Origin: Acidimicrobiaceae bacterium
GTDB taxonomy: Bacteria; Actinomycetota; Acidimicrobiia; Acidimicrobiales; RAAP-2
DNA: 64,000 bases
Assembly: GCA_027315005.1 (NCBI GenBank)
Contig: DAHUZT010000073.1
Span: 6,459 to 70,458 of the forward strand
Direction: 5' to 3'
Shown: piece after piece, positions 38,113-46,279 of the stretch
Position numbering within the stretch: position 1 is the stretch's first letter
Layout of the letters: every line of letters begins with the position of its first letter
Notes under the pieces: generated by a model
What the model was told of the DNA's origin: nothing
Databases searched by the model: none
Seen by the model: only the letters and a program-made list of their open reading frames with translations
Position numbers and translations under genes: made by a program

Positions 38113-38871
38113 TCACGGGCGGAACACCTGCCCTCCATCGACATTGAACACGTGGCCCGTGACCCACGACGCCTCGTCGGACAGGAGGAAGAGACACATC
38201 CCGACCAGATCAGCAGTCTCTCCCTGCCGCTTGATGGCGAGCGAATCCAGAATCGGCTTCAGAAGCGCTTCGGGGACGACTGCACGCGAGGCCTCGGTGT
38301 CGATCGGACCCGGCGCAATGGCATTCACCCGGATACCGTCTCCCCCGAGCTCGTGCGCCAGCTGCTGGGTGATCGAATTCACCCCGGACTTGGCCAGTCC
38401 ATAGAAGCTCGAATAGAGATAGGCGGCCGTAGATGACTGGTTGACGACCGCGGCGCCCGGGCGCTTCTTCATGCTCGGGTAGCAGGCTCGCACACAGTTC
38501 AGGGCGCCCAGCATGTTGACTGACAGAAACCTGTTGAGATACTCCCAGTCCACGGTCAACAGCAGATCGAGCCGCATTCCTCCGAAGATGGCGGCGTTGT
38601 TGACGAGGTGGTCGATTCCGCCGAACCGCTCGTCGGCTCGGCGTGCGAGGAACCGGGCGGAGTCCGGGTCGGCCACATCCACGGCTACCGGCAAGGCCGA
38701 TCCCCCCGTCGAACGGATCTCCGCGGCAACCCGTTCGGCCCCCTCGGCATCGATGTCCGCCACGACCACCGAGGCACCCGCGCTCGCCAGCCCCTCTGCG
38801 TAGGCCCGACCGATGCCTCCACCGGCGCCGGTGACGATCACAACCCTTCCCGTGAAATCGAAGCGGACCAT
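38113..38871 (-). CDS. SDR-family oxidoreductase
   Basis: TGAGGGIG, NNAA, and catalytic YGLAK. The start was moved to ATG 38871 (252 aa). Confidence 0.85.
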   Translation of the reverse strand: MVRFDFTGRVVIVTGAGGGIGRAYAEGLASAGASVVVADIDAEGAERVAAEIRSTGGSALPVAVDVADPDSARFLARRADERFGGIDHLVNNAAIFGGMRLDLLLTVDWEYLNRFLSVNMLGALNCVRACYPSMKKRPGAAVVNQSSTAAYLYSSFYGLAKSGVNSITQQLAHELGGDGIRVNAIAPGPIDTEASRAVVPEALLKPILDSLAIKRQGETADLVGMCLFLLSDEASWVTGHVFNVDGGQVFRP

Positions 38872-38909
38872 TGCCGAGCCGGCTTCCGGTCGCCCCCGTG
38901 ATGCGTTCA

Positions 38910-39344
38910 TTACTCGGTCTCGGTACCGGCGGATCCGCAGGTACCGGCGTTTCGATCGGGGTCCTGGCGAGCGATCACCCGCTCGGCAACCTCGTTGAGA
39001 CCGGTCGACAACGGCCAACCGACGTAGTGGGTGAGATGGACGACGATCTCTCGCACCTGGGCGACCGTCAGTTCCTCACGCTGGAGGGCCGAGGCGAATT
39101 GGATCTCCAGCAGGGCAGCCTGGCCCAGAGCAGCGAGAACGCCGATCGTGAGCAACCGGCGATCGCGAATGCCGAGGCCCGACCGGGTCCACACCTCGCC
39201 GAAGAGATGGTCGACCGTGAAGTCGACGTAGGGCCCCGGTATCGTGGCGGGGTCGACCGTGAACCCATAGACCTCCTGCATCTTGGCCATGCCGCGCTCC
39301 CTGGCCGATTGGCCTACTCCTCCATTCCCGGACTCAGCCGGCAT
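38910..39344 (-). CDS. carboxymuconolactone decarboxylase (AhpD-like) family protein
   Basis: FGEVWTRSGLGIRDRRLLTIGVLAALG...EIVVHLTHYVGWP is the typical CMD family pattern. ATG 39344 was chosen; 39290 is an alternative. Confidence 0.75.
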   Translation of the reverse strand: MPAESGNGGVGQSARERGMAKMQEVYGFTVDPATIPGPYVDFTVDHLFGEVWTRSGLGIRDRRLLTIGVLAALGQAALLEIQFASALQREELTVAQVREIVVHLTHYVGWPLSTGLNEVAERVIARQDPDRNAGTCGSAGTETE

Positions 39345-39384
39345 CCGATCACCCCCTTCTGCTCGAGCTCTATCCAGCTCCGCA

Positions 39385-40293
39385 TCACCGGTGCCCTCGG
39401 ACCGTACCAATACCGAAGACGTCGTCGCAGTGCCGCTCGGCCAGTTTCGCCAGCGGCAGGTCCACATCGAACGAAGATGCGAGATCAAGGGCTGCCCGCA
39501 GATCCTTCCTGGCCAATCCGCAGGCAGACCGCATCGCGGCGATCAGGTTGGCATCGTCTTCCTCGGTGAACGGTGCGACCGTCTGGCGGAACATCAGCGT
39601 CGAGGCACCGCCGACGAGAGCATCACTGGCCTTGATGACCGTTGCGAGCTTGGGCAGTTCGATGCCTGCTGCCTCCGCCAGTCGCTGACCTTCATACGCG
39701 GCCAGCCATGAGCCGTACTGAACGAGGTTTCGGGCGATCTTCGCCGCCAGGCCGGAGCCGAGGGGACCCATCAGCACCGCCAGCGATCCGATCGCGTCGA
39801 AGACCGGCTGCAGGTTCGCGACCGCCTCCTCGTCCCCGCCGATCATGCACACAAGGTCTCCTTCATCCGCTGCGGAAGGTCCCCCGCTGACGCCACAATC
39901 GACAACGACCACTCCGAGATCGGCCGCTTCCCGTCCGATGTCGTCGATGCAGGACATCGAGATCGTGCTCACCACGACCACGATGGTGCCGGGACGGGCA
40001 GCTGCCAGACCACCTTCCTCGCCCGAGAGGACGGAACGGACCTGGGCGTCGTCGACGACCGCCACCAGGACGACCTCCGATTGGCGGACAAGGTCGGCCG
40101 GCGAGTCGGCGACCGTGGCCCGGTCCCGATACCGTTCGGCGACCTCGGGTCGGAGATCGTTGACCACGAGGGCAAAACCGTTGCGCAGCAGACTGGCCGC
40201 CAAGCCACCGCCGACGGCCCCGAGTCCGACGACGCCGACCACGGGTTTCGTGCCCCTGAAGACCGGCTGCCCGAGATCCGCTTCTTTGGACAT
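39385..40293 (-). CDS. NAD(P)-dependent 3-hydroxyisobutyrate/6-phosphogluconate dehydrogenase-like oxidoreductase
   Basis: VGVVGLGAVGGGLA Rossmann N-terminus, and a C-terminal all-helical domain (...AAKIARNLVQYGSWLAAYEG...). Confidence 0.85.
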   Translation of the reverse strand: MSKEADLGQPVFRGTKPVVGVVGLGAVGGGLAASLLRNGFALVVNDLRPEVAERYRDRATVADSPADLVRQSEVVLVAVVDDAQVRSVLSGEEGGLAAARPGTIVVVVSTISMSCIDDIGREAADLGVVVVDCGVSGGPSAADEGDLVCMIGGDEEAVANLQPVFDAIGSLAVLMGPLGSGLAAKIARNLVQYGSWLAAYEGQRLAEAAGIELPKLATVIKASDALVGGASTLMFRQTVAPFTEEDDANLIAAMRSACGLARKDLRAALDLASSFDVDLPLAKLAERHCDDVFGIGTVRGHR

Positions 40294-40314
40294 GTGTCCA
40301 GACTATAGTCCAAA
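40285..40314. promoter_or_regulatory. nested palindromes filling the 20-bp divergent gap (candidate TetR operator)
   Basis: TTTGGAC (40285-91) pairs with GTCCAAA (40308-14). Inside them lie TGGACA-tg-TGTCCA (40287-40300) and the perfect palindrome GACTATAGTC (40301-10). The arms overlap both start codons (CAT 40291-93 and ATG 40314-16). Confidence 0.55.
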
Positions 40315-41147
40315 TGATGGCGCCGACCACTCCAGACCCGATCGACGGCCGTCCGGTCGACGGCACCCCGGACGAACCCGGACCGGCCCGGCAGATCGGC
40401 GCAATGACCGATTACTCGGGTGCCTTCGTGGCCGACTTCGACTACGAGGATCTATCTCACGAGGCACTTGTGCGGTTGGTGCGTGAGTACGCTCAGATCG
40501 TCCACATCCTCGACCGCTCCATGTGCGCGGCGATCGGGATGTCACACGGCCTGGCGGAGATGCAGCGGCTCGCGATCGAGGAATGGCGGGGGGCAAGCCC
40601 GGTCTACGGTGAACGGCTCCGGCGAATCATGAACGTCGAGGGCGACGGCGTGGACGCCATCTTCAAGGTATTGCAGCTCGACCCCGGTTTTCCTCACCAC
40701 TACCTCGACGTCAATTACGAGGTGGTCGACGATCACCACGGCTACTTCGAGCTCGCCTATTGCGGCGCTCTGATGGATGCTGAACCGTGGGGTGACGGCA
40801 TGGTGACCGGAATGTGCCATCACATCGAAGACGGAACCTTCGACTACACCGCACAAGCGATCAATCCGAGAGCCCACATCCGTCATGTCCATCGTCCCCC
40901 GCGGGTGCCCTCAGATCGCGCCCCCCACTGCCGGTGGGAGCTCACCATCGACGACGAAAACGAGACCCTTGCCGAAGCGGAGATCACCGCCATCACCCGC
41001 ACCACAACGGCTGCCACGTTCCAATTCCCCCCTCTCCGTAATGGCAAACCACACCTGCCGGATCGAATGGGGCCCCCCGGTGCCAACGTCGCCTGCAGCG
41101 ATCGACGACCGGATCCTGCAGGCGGAGACGAGAGAAGGTCACCGTGA
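40314..41147 (+). CDS. conserved-looking hypothetical protein, His/Cys-rich
   Basis: 277 aa with a coding-like core (LVREYAQIVHILDRSMCAAIGMSHGLAEMQRLAIEEWRGASPVYGERLRRIM ... YCGALMD ... GMCHHIEDGTFDY ... PHCRWELTID). Its stop overlaps the TetR start (ATGA). ATG 40404 is an alternative start. Confidence 0.65.
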   Translation: MMAPTTPDPIDGRPVDGTPDEPGPARQIGAMTDYSGAFVADFDYEDLSHEALVRLVREYAQIVHILDRSMCAAIGMSHGLAEMQRLAIEEWRGASPVYGERLRRIMNVEGDGVDAIFKVLQLDPGFPHHYLDVNYEVVDDHHGYFELAYCGALMDAEPWGDGMVTGMCHHIEDGTFDYTAQAINPRAHIRHVHRPPRVPSDRAPHCRWELTIDDENETLAEAEITAITRTTTAATFQFPPLRNGKPHLPDRMGPPGANVACSDRRPDPAGGDERRSP

Positions 41148-41929
41148 TGCCCGCCGAACGCTCCTCAACCTTGCCGGTGCGGTCTACGGCCGGTCTCCAC
41201 ACGGGGGGCCGGGCCGGTACCGACCAGCACGATTCACCAGTTTTCGAGGCGACCAGACGCCGTCTCACCGCTCGTCAAGCCGAGCTGGTCCATGTGTTGG
41301 TCGACGCGGCCGCCGCCGAGGTCGAAACCGTCGGATATGACGGTTTCACCGTTCGGAGCGTCGCCCGCAGGGCCGGCGTCGCGCCTGCCACCGCATACAA
41401 CTACTTCAGCTCGAAGGACCACCTCCTGGCTGAATTGCTCTGGCGCCGACTTCAGACGCTCCCCGAGCCCGGGAATTCGCCGGACGGCTGGGCAGATCGA
41501 CTGCGTGAGGCCATCAGCTCAATGGTCCTGTTGACAACCGAGAGCCCGGCGGTCGTCGATGCCTGCACCGTTGCGATGTTGAGCGCTCATCCGGAGGTCA
41601 AGCACCTTCGTGACCGGATCGGTGCGATCATTCACCGGCACATCGAGGTCTCGGTGGGCCCGGGCGTCGATGCGACAGGGGTTCGGGTGCTCGAGACCAC
41701 CTTTGCGGGTGCGCTGCTCATGGCCGGCATGGGCCACATGCCGTTCTCCGAGATCCCTGAATTCATGGTCGGTGCGGCCCGCCTGCTGGTAGGCGGGAAA
41801 CGGAGCCCGACCGATCCGCCAGGAACCACCGGATCTCTCACCGGCACCCACCCGGATCGGGCCGGGTCGGCCCGGACCGGGGCCGGCTCACTCTTCGGGA
41901 CCACGCGGGAAGGGAGTGGAGATCGATGA
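41144..41929 (+). CDS. TetR-family transcriptional regulator
   Basis: HTH GYDGFTVRSVARRAGVAPATAYNYFSSKDHLLAELL. 4-nt overlaps with both neighbouring genes. Confidence 0.85.
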   Translation: MMPAERSSTLPVRSTAGLHTGGRAGTDQHDSPVFEATRRRLTARQAELVHVLVDAAAAEVETVGYDGFTVRSVARRAGVAPATAYNYFSSKDHLLAELLWRRLQTLPEPGNSPDGWADRLREAISSMVLLTTESPAVVDACTVAMLSAHPEVKHLRDRIGAIIHRHIEVSVGPGVDATGVRVLETTFAGALLMAGMGHMPFSEIPEFMVGAARLLVGGKRSPTDPPGTTGSLTGTHPDRAGSARTGAGSLFGTTREGSGDR

Positions 41930-43128
41930 GCGCGGTGACCGGAGAACCACTCCGCTTCAGTCCCTATTCGTATGACATCCACGACGACCCCTATCCCACA
42001 TACTCCAGGCTTCGGCATGAAGCTCCCCTCTACCGTAACGACGAGCTCGACTTCTGGGCACTCTCCCGACATGAAGACGTCCTGGCTGCCTTCCGCAATG
42101 TGGATGCCTTCTCGAACGGGCACGGCGTCTCTCTCGACCCTGCCGCCTTCGGCCCCGAAGCTCACAAATTCATGTCCTTTCTCGCCCTGGATCCACCCCG
42201 ACACACGCGGTTGCGGACGCTGGTCGGAAAGGGATTCACTCCCACCAAGGTGGCAGCCATGACCGAAAGCATTCGAGCGATCACGTCGGAACACCTCGGC
42301 CCAGCACTCGAATGCCGGTCGTTCGACTTCATCGCGGACTTCGCTGGAAAGGTCCCGATGGACGTGATCTCCGAGTTGGTGGGTGTTCCTCGGGTCGACA
42401 GGACCGAGATACGGAGGCTCGCCGACCTGGTGGTGCACCGCGAAGACGGTCTTCTCGATATCCCACCGGCCGGCCTGCAGGCAGCGACTTCCCTGGTGGA
42501 CTACTACTCCGCCATGGTGAGGGAACGGCGACACAGGCGGCGCGACGATCTCACCTCGACATTGATCGATGCGGAGATCGAGGGCGACACGTTGACCGAT
42601 GACGAAATCATCGCCTGCCTGTTTCTGCTGGTGGTCGCCGGTAACGAGACGACCACCAAATTGCTCGGAAACGCATGGTACTGGGGTTGGCGCCACCCCG
42701 ACCAAGGAACCAAGCCGTTCACCGACCGTTCACGGGTCGACGAATGGATCGAGGAGACGCTCCGCTACGACACTTCTAGCCAGATGCTCCTCCGCGTCAC
42801 CCGTACATCGGTCGAATGTCGCGGAGGAGTTGTTCCTCCTGGGGAGCGGGTGCTCCTGCTCATCGGATCGGCCAACCGAGACGAAAACGTCTTCGTCGAC
42901 GCAGAACGTTACGACCTCGATCGGGATACCTCGCGGCTCATCAGCTTCGGAAGTGGCAGGCACTTCTGCATGGGTGCCGGACTGGCCCGACTCGAGGCTC
43001 GTGTCGCCCTCGGAAGCCTGGCTGATCGTATCGCCTCCTACCAAATCGATCCGGAAGGAACCCGCCGAGTCCATTCGGTCAATGTCCGGGGCTTCGCCGC
43101 ACTGCCCACTACCGTCACCCCTCGATGA
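41926..43128 (+). CDS. cytochrome P450
   Basis: Heme-binding loop FGSGRHFCMGAGLA, I-helix LLVVAGNETT, ExxR ETLRY. 400 aa. Confidence 0.92.
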   Translation: MSAVTGEPLRFSPYSYDIHDDPYPTYSRLRHEAPLYRNDELDFWALSRHEDVLAAFRNVDAFSNGHGVSLDPAAFGPEAHKFMSFLALDPPRHTRLRTLVGKGFTPTKVAAMTESIRAITSEHLGPALECRSFDFIADFAGKVPMDVISELVGVPRVDRTEIRRLADLVVHREDGLLDIPPAGLQAATSLVDYYSAMVRERRHRRRDDLTSTLIDAEIEGDTLTDDEIIACLFLLVVAGNETTTKLLGNAWYWGWRHPDQGTKPFTDRSRVDEWIEETLRYDTSSQMLLRVTRTSVECRGGVVPPGERVLLLIGSANRDENVFVDAERYDLDRDTSRLISFGSGRHFCMGAGLARLEARVALGSLADRIASYQIDPEGTRRVHSVNVRGFAALPTTVTPR

Positions 43129-43973
43129 TGCCCCGCTTCGGCCCCCATCCGGATGTCCGGCCCTCGGTGGTGACCGGCGCCTCGTCCGGGATAGGGAAGG
43201 CGACAGCCGAGGAGCTCGCCGTCCTCGGACATCCGGTCGTGCTCGGAGCGCGCCGGGTGGCCGAGTGCGAAGAGACAGCCCGCGCCATTCGAGAACGGGG
43301 GGGAAAGGCCTGGGCCTTCCATCTCGATCTCTCCGATCCGCACGCGATCGAGCAGTTTGTCGAGAACGCAGTCGACGCTCTGGGCAAGGTGGAGATACTC
43401 GTGTCGAACGCCGGGAACAGCCAGCCTGGTTCCGCGCTCGACATCGACCCTGGCGCGTTCGATCTCATGCTCGCAGTGAACGTCGTCGGCACGTACCGCC
43501 TGGCGCGTGCCCTGTTGCCGGCGATGCTGGACCGACGTCGAGGTGATGCCATCTTCATCACCTCCGATGTGGTCGGGCGACCCCGTCCACTGGTGGCGGG
43601 ATACGTCACGTCGAAGTGGGGACTCGAAGGATTCGTCCGCTCGCTTCAGATGGAGTTGGAGGGCACTGGCGTGCGGGCCACGATCGTCCGGCCGGGACCG
43701 ACCATGACCGAGATGGGGATGGACTGGGGGCCGGAGGTGACGACCGAGGTGCTACAACGGTGGACGAGCTGGGGTTTTGCCCGACATTCATCTTTCATGC
43801 GTCCGAGTGGTGTCGCCAAGGCAATCACGGCTGCGGCATCGCTACCCCGAGGCGTCCATCTGACCGTCCTCGAGATACAGCCAGAGGCACCGATCGTCGA
43901 CAGAACGCTCGCCAGAACAGCAGGCGGACAGCCCGGCGAGGGCACCGACCCCAACGAAGGGGAAGTCGCATGA
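43125..43973 (+). CDS. SDR-family oxidoreductase
   Basis: TGASSGIGKATA, NAG, and YVTSKWG catalytic motif. 4-nt overlaps on both sides. Confidence 0.85.
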   Translation: MMPRFGPHPDVRPSVVTGASSGIGKATAEELAVLGHPVVLGARRVAECEETARAIRERGGKAWAFHLDLSDPHAIEQFVENAVDALGKVEILVSNAGNSQPGSALDIDPGAFDLMLAVNVVGTYRLARALLPAMLDRRRGDAIFITSDVVGRPRPLVAGYVTSKWGLEGFVRSLQMELEGTGVRATIVRPGPTMTEMGMDWGPEVTTEVLQRWTSWGFARHSSFMRPSGVAKAITAAASLPRGVHLTVLEIQPEAPIVDRTLARTAGGQPGEGTDPNEGEVA

Positions 43974-45415
43974 GCACGGACATCCGGTTCCGGGTACCGC
44001 CCCTCGTCTCAGGCGGGTCCCCGGAGAACGGCCATCTCGAGGAACTCCGCACCGATCCGATCGCTCTCCTCGAACGGGTGAGATCCGAGTGCGGCGACGT
44101 GGGCATGTTCCAGCTCGCGGATCGGGAGGTCGTGCTCCTCACCGGGGCCGATGCCAGTGAGTTCTTCTTTCGGGCTCCGGAAGAGGTGCTCGACCAGGCC
44201 GAAGCGTATCCGTTCATGACTCCGATCTTCGGCGAAGGCGTCATCTTCGACGCTCCGCCGGAGCGGCGGCGCGAGATGCTCCACAACCAGGCGCTCCGTG
44301 ACAAGTTCATGCGGGGCCATGCAACGACCATTGCTGAAGAGGTCGATCAGATGGTGGATCGATGGGACGACGAAGGTGAGATCGACCTGCTCGACTGGTT
44401 CGCCGAACTGACCATCTACACCTCTTCATCCTGTCTGATAGGCCGACGGTTCCGAAATCAACTCGACGGGAGGTTCTCACGGCTCTACCACGATCTCGAA
44501 CAGGGAACCGATGCCCTCGCGTATGTCGATCCGTACGCTCCGATCGAGAGCTTCCGGAGACGTGACGAAGCACGACTCGGTCTGGTCGATTTGGTACGGC
44601 GGATCATGGAAGGGAGGACACAGCAGAGAGGGCCCGACACCCAGGGACGCGACTTGCTCGATGTGCTCATGTCGATCACCGACTCCAACGGAGCTCCGCG
44701 CTTCAGCGCCGATCAGATCACGGGAATGTTCATATCGATGATGTTCGCCGGCCACCACACCACCTCCGGAACGGCTGCATGGACGCTCATCGAACTCGTT
44801 CGGCAACCGCTTGAATTCGAGAACGTCCGGCGTGAACTGACGACGCTCTACTCGAACCGAGTCGAAGTCAGCTACCAGGCTCTCCGCGAGATGCCCAGGT
44901 TGGAATCGGCCATCAAGGAGGCCCTGCGCCTTCATCCTCCGCTCATCCTCCTGCTCCGGGTGGCCAAGGAGGATATCGACATCGGGGGTTTCCGGATCCG
45001 AGCCGGCCAGATGGTCGGTGCCTCGCCGAGTGTGTCCAATCGGATACCCGAGGCGTTTTCGCGACCTGATCGTTACGAACCATCCCGCTACCTCCCCCCT
45101 CGGGAGGAAGACCGCTTGAACCCGTGGACCTGGATTCCGTTCGGCGCTGGCAGACATCGTTGCGTCGGTGCGGCGTTCGCCATGATGCAACTGAAGGCCA
45201 TCTTCTCGGTGCTCCTTCTCGGGTGGGAATTCGAGCTCGCCCAACCGTCCGGCTCCTACCGAAATGATCATTCGAAGATGGTCGTCCAGCTCCGACAACC
45301 CTGCGTCGTTCGCTATCGGAAGCGTCGAACCTCGTCGATCGAGCCCGCTATTCCCGGTCGGCCGGAAGCACCCCACCGGGTTGGCTCGGCTGACACCGGA
45401 ACCGTACAGCCCTGA
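43970..45415 (+). CDS. cyp51: cytochrome P450 CYP51 (sterol 14-alpha-demethylase family)
   Basis: From ATG 43970. Long stretches recall M. tuberculosis CYP51 from memory: HLEELRTDPIALL, AYPFMTPIFGEGVIFDAPPERR, FAELTIYTSSSCLIG, YVDPYAPIESFRRRDEAR, RFSADQITGMFISMMFAGHHTTSGTAAWTLIEL, LRLHPPLILLLRVAK, WTWIPFGAGRHRCVGAAFAMMQLKAIFSVLL, YRNDHSKMVVQL. Confidence 0.92.
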   Translation: MSTDIRFRVPPLVSGGSPENGHLEELRTDPIALLERVRSECGDVGMFQLADREVVLLTGADASEFFFRAPEEVLDQAEAYPFMTPIFGEGVIFDAPPERRREMLHNQALRDKFMRGHATTIAEEVDQMVDRWDDEGEIDLLDWFAELTIYTSSSCLIGRRFRNQLDGRFSRLYHDLEQGTDALAYVDPYAPIESFRRRDEARLGLVDLVRRIMEGRTQQRGPDTQGRDLLDVLMSITDSNGAPRFSADQITGMFISMMFAGHHTTSGTAAWTLIELVRQPLEFENVRRELTTLYSNRVEVSYQALREMPRLESAIKEALRLHPPLILLLRVAKEDIDIGGFRIRAGQMVGASPSVSNRIPEAFSRPDRYEPSRYLPPREEDRLNPWTWIPFGAGRHRCVGAAFAMMQLKAIFSVLLLGWEFELAQPSGSYRNDHSKMVVQLRQPCVVRYRKRRTSSIEPAIPGRPEAPHRVGSADTGTVQP

Positions 45416-45612
45416 TGCGCGTCATTGTGGATCACGACCTGTGCCAAGGGCATGGCGTCTGTGAATCTGAGGCGCCAACCGTATTCGAAGTGGACCAGGA
45501 CCATTGTGTGCGTGTCCTGGTCGTCCGGCCCGACGAGCACCTGCGGGCGGAGGTCGAGGCTGCGGTCCAGTTCTGTCCCACGTCCGCGCTCCGCATCGAA
45601 GAGGAGGATTGA
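45415..45612 (+). CDS. small ferredoxin (3Fe-4S/4Fe-4S single-cluster type)
   Basis: 65 aa; CQGHGVC...CP motif. ATG overlaps the cyp51 TGA by 1 nt (TGATG). Same position as the ferredoxin downstream of cyp51 in mycobacteria. Confidence 0.85.
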   Translation: MRVIVDHDLCQGHGVCESEAPTVFEVDQDHCVRVLVVRPDEHLRAEVEAAVQFCPTSALRIEEED

Positions 45613-45615
45613 TCC

Positions 45616-46191
45616 ATGGCACGGTACCCTCGAAGTGAGCTCGAAGAGATGGTGCGCCGTTGGCTCGAACTGAACCGTCGGTGCGAAGAACGCCTCGAGT
45701 GGCTCCAGATGGCGGAGATGTACACCGAGGAGGCGACCTACGGCTGGAACGTCGGTCCGAACGACGAGTTCATGGCCGTGGGCCGAGCGGAGATCCGCCA
45801 GTATGCACTTGGGAGCGAAATGGCCGGACTCGGTGGATGGAGCTATCCGTACCAACGGGTCCTGATCGACGATGTGCAGGGAGAGGTGCTGGGTCTCTGG
45901 AAACAGGTGGCCGATGCGACCCGCGCCGACGGCAGCCACTACGAGGTCGCAGGGCTCGGTGGGAGCTGGTTCCGCTACGGCGGGAACTATCGGTGGGCCT
46001 GGCAGCGCGACTTCTTCGATGTCGGCAACGCCACCGCCACCTTTCTCGAGATGATGAGCGCCGGCGCACTGACTCCTGGAATGCAGCAAAGGCTGGAACG
46101 CGCAGCCGGTGGCGAACGGCTCCCCGGACACTACCGGCTCGGAGAGGCACCAGTAGGCCTCTGGGACGGTGGCGGACCATCGACGGATTGA
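45616..46191 (+). CDS. NTF2/SnoaL-like fold hypothetical protein
   Basis: 191 aa, starting 3 nt after the ferredoxin stop. The N-terminal ELEEMVRRWLELNRRCEERLEWLQMAEMYTEEATYGW is typical of SnoaL-like proteins. Confidence 0.72.
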   Translation: MARYPRSELEEMVRRWLELNRRCEERLEWLQMAEMYTEEATYGWNVGPNDEFMAVGRAEIRQYALGSEMAGLGGWSYPYQRVLIDDVQGEVLGLWKQVADATRADGSHYEVAGLGGSWFRYGGNYRWAWQRDFFDVGNATATFLEMMSAGALTPGMQQRLERAAGGERLPGHYRLGEAPVGLWDGGGPSTD

Positions 46192-46279
46192 TCTCGACCG
46201 CGTGGATCCTGCTCCGGATGCGCGACCGGGCTCAACGCCGAATCCGGTCATCCCGTCAGCACGCACCGGAGTGCAGAGA

